A model generated the notes under the pieces. The model was not told the origin of the DNA and ran no database searches. It saw only the letters and a list, made by a program, of their open reading frames with translations. The position numbers and the translations under genes were made by a program. Shown here piece by piece: positions 63,231-64,000 of a DNA stretch of 64,000 bases. The stretch is from Tubulanus polymorphus (Eukaryota > Animalia > Nemertea), in contig NC_134025.1 of NCBI RefSeq assembly GCF_964204645.1, positions 15,252,001-15,316,000 of the forward strand, read 5' to 3'. How positions within the stretch are numbered: position 1 is the stretch's first letter; each line of letters begins with the position of its first letter.

Positions 63231-64000
63231 ATGGCAGAAGGTAGAGAAGCTTATGAAATGGGAGAAATGGAAAATAATAATGATGATAATAATAATGATG
63301 ATAATAATGATGCTGAAACTAATATTGATGATGATAATTCATCAGCGCGTAATTCTAATTTAGCAGATAGTGTTTCTAAAGCCCCATCAACAGATGAATT
63401 TGATTGAAGAACTAAATCGAGAATAAATCCTGAAAATGAAAATCCAGATTAAGTAAAACAAAATTTAGAATATAATGAATATATTTATAATTTCAAACCT
63501 ATATTTGAAAGATCTGGGTATAATATAAATGATAGAGGCGCCAGACTTTTAGTATCAGAATTAAAATCATTAGATGGTGAATATTATTATAATTTGAAAG
63601 ATGATTATTATATTGATATCTCTTATAAAAAACAAAACAAAATATTAGCAGAATCAACTTTGCTTAAAAGTTAGACCTATCTAGAATTAAAAGAATAAGA
63701 AATAGTAATGAAATAGAAGATGTAACACAAGAAGAAATTATTAAAAATGAAAGAGTATTTAAACAAAGAATTAATGAATTATTTGAAAAAATCGATAATA
63801 ATTTAGAACCAGAAACAACTTCTGGTAAATTCAAATCAAATAAAGTTCCAATTGAAAAGCTTTTACCAAATGGATTACTTGACGCAACAGATCAAGAATT
63901 AGAAGAATTAGATATATTTTCTGATAAATCAATTAGAGAAATTATTAGTATAAGACTTGCATCTGATAAAATTGCGCATGATAAAAGTATAAGAGATTTT
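63231..64000 (+). pseudogene. Homolog of the acidic/coiled-coil protein, multiple stops
   Basis: Similar to 11675-12470. Confidence 0.65.

Larger units (their letters stand above)
56570..64000 (+). mobile_element. Polinton copy 3, rearranged and degenerate, runs off the window
   Basis: Hairpin, inverted ATPase, then pPolB C-half through the coiled-coil gene, collinear with ~5924-12470. Confidence 0.88.

Overview
This is eukaryotic (probably marine invertebrate) genomic DNA made almost entirely of nested mobile elements and endogenous viruses. (1) A near-complete Polinton/Maverick (adintovirus-like) element spans <1-24918 and has ~4.1 kb terminal inverted repeats. Its AT-rich core encodes pPolB, penton, several membrane proteins, the major capsid protein, a packaging ATPase, an RVE integrase and an HNH nuclease, many with lesions. 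It sits inside the 5' LTR of (2) a BEL/Pao LTR retrotransposon (24919-33216). (3) A second, inverted Polinton of the same family (34150-55583) has its integrase split by (4) a 13.5 kb Helentron/Helitron2. The Helentron encodes a 2A-like peptide, herpes-type deubiquitinase, Rep, PIF1 helicase and APE endonuclease, plus a spliced OB-fold SSB gene. Further right are (5) a Penelope-like RT fragment and (6) a third, rearranged Polinton copy (56570-64000). The most interesting signal is the two-layer build of Polinton 1. An inner ~18 kb AT-rich genome is bounded by 404-bp imperfect hairpins, and its genes start at poxvirus-like promoters (T6-7-N6-7-TAAATG and a second A-rich class). It is wrapped in CpG-rich outer arms carrying an intron-containing PC4 gene and host transcription-factor site arrays. 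This suggests, by inference only, a helper-virus-dependent satellite fused to nuclear Polinton ends. All family assignments come from motif recognition; no searches were run.
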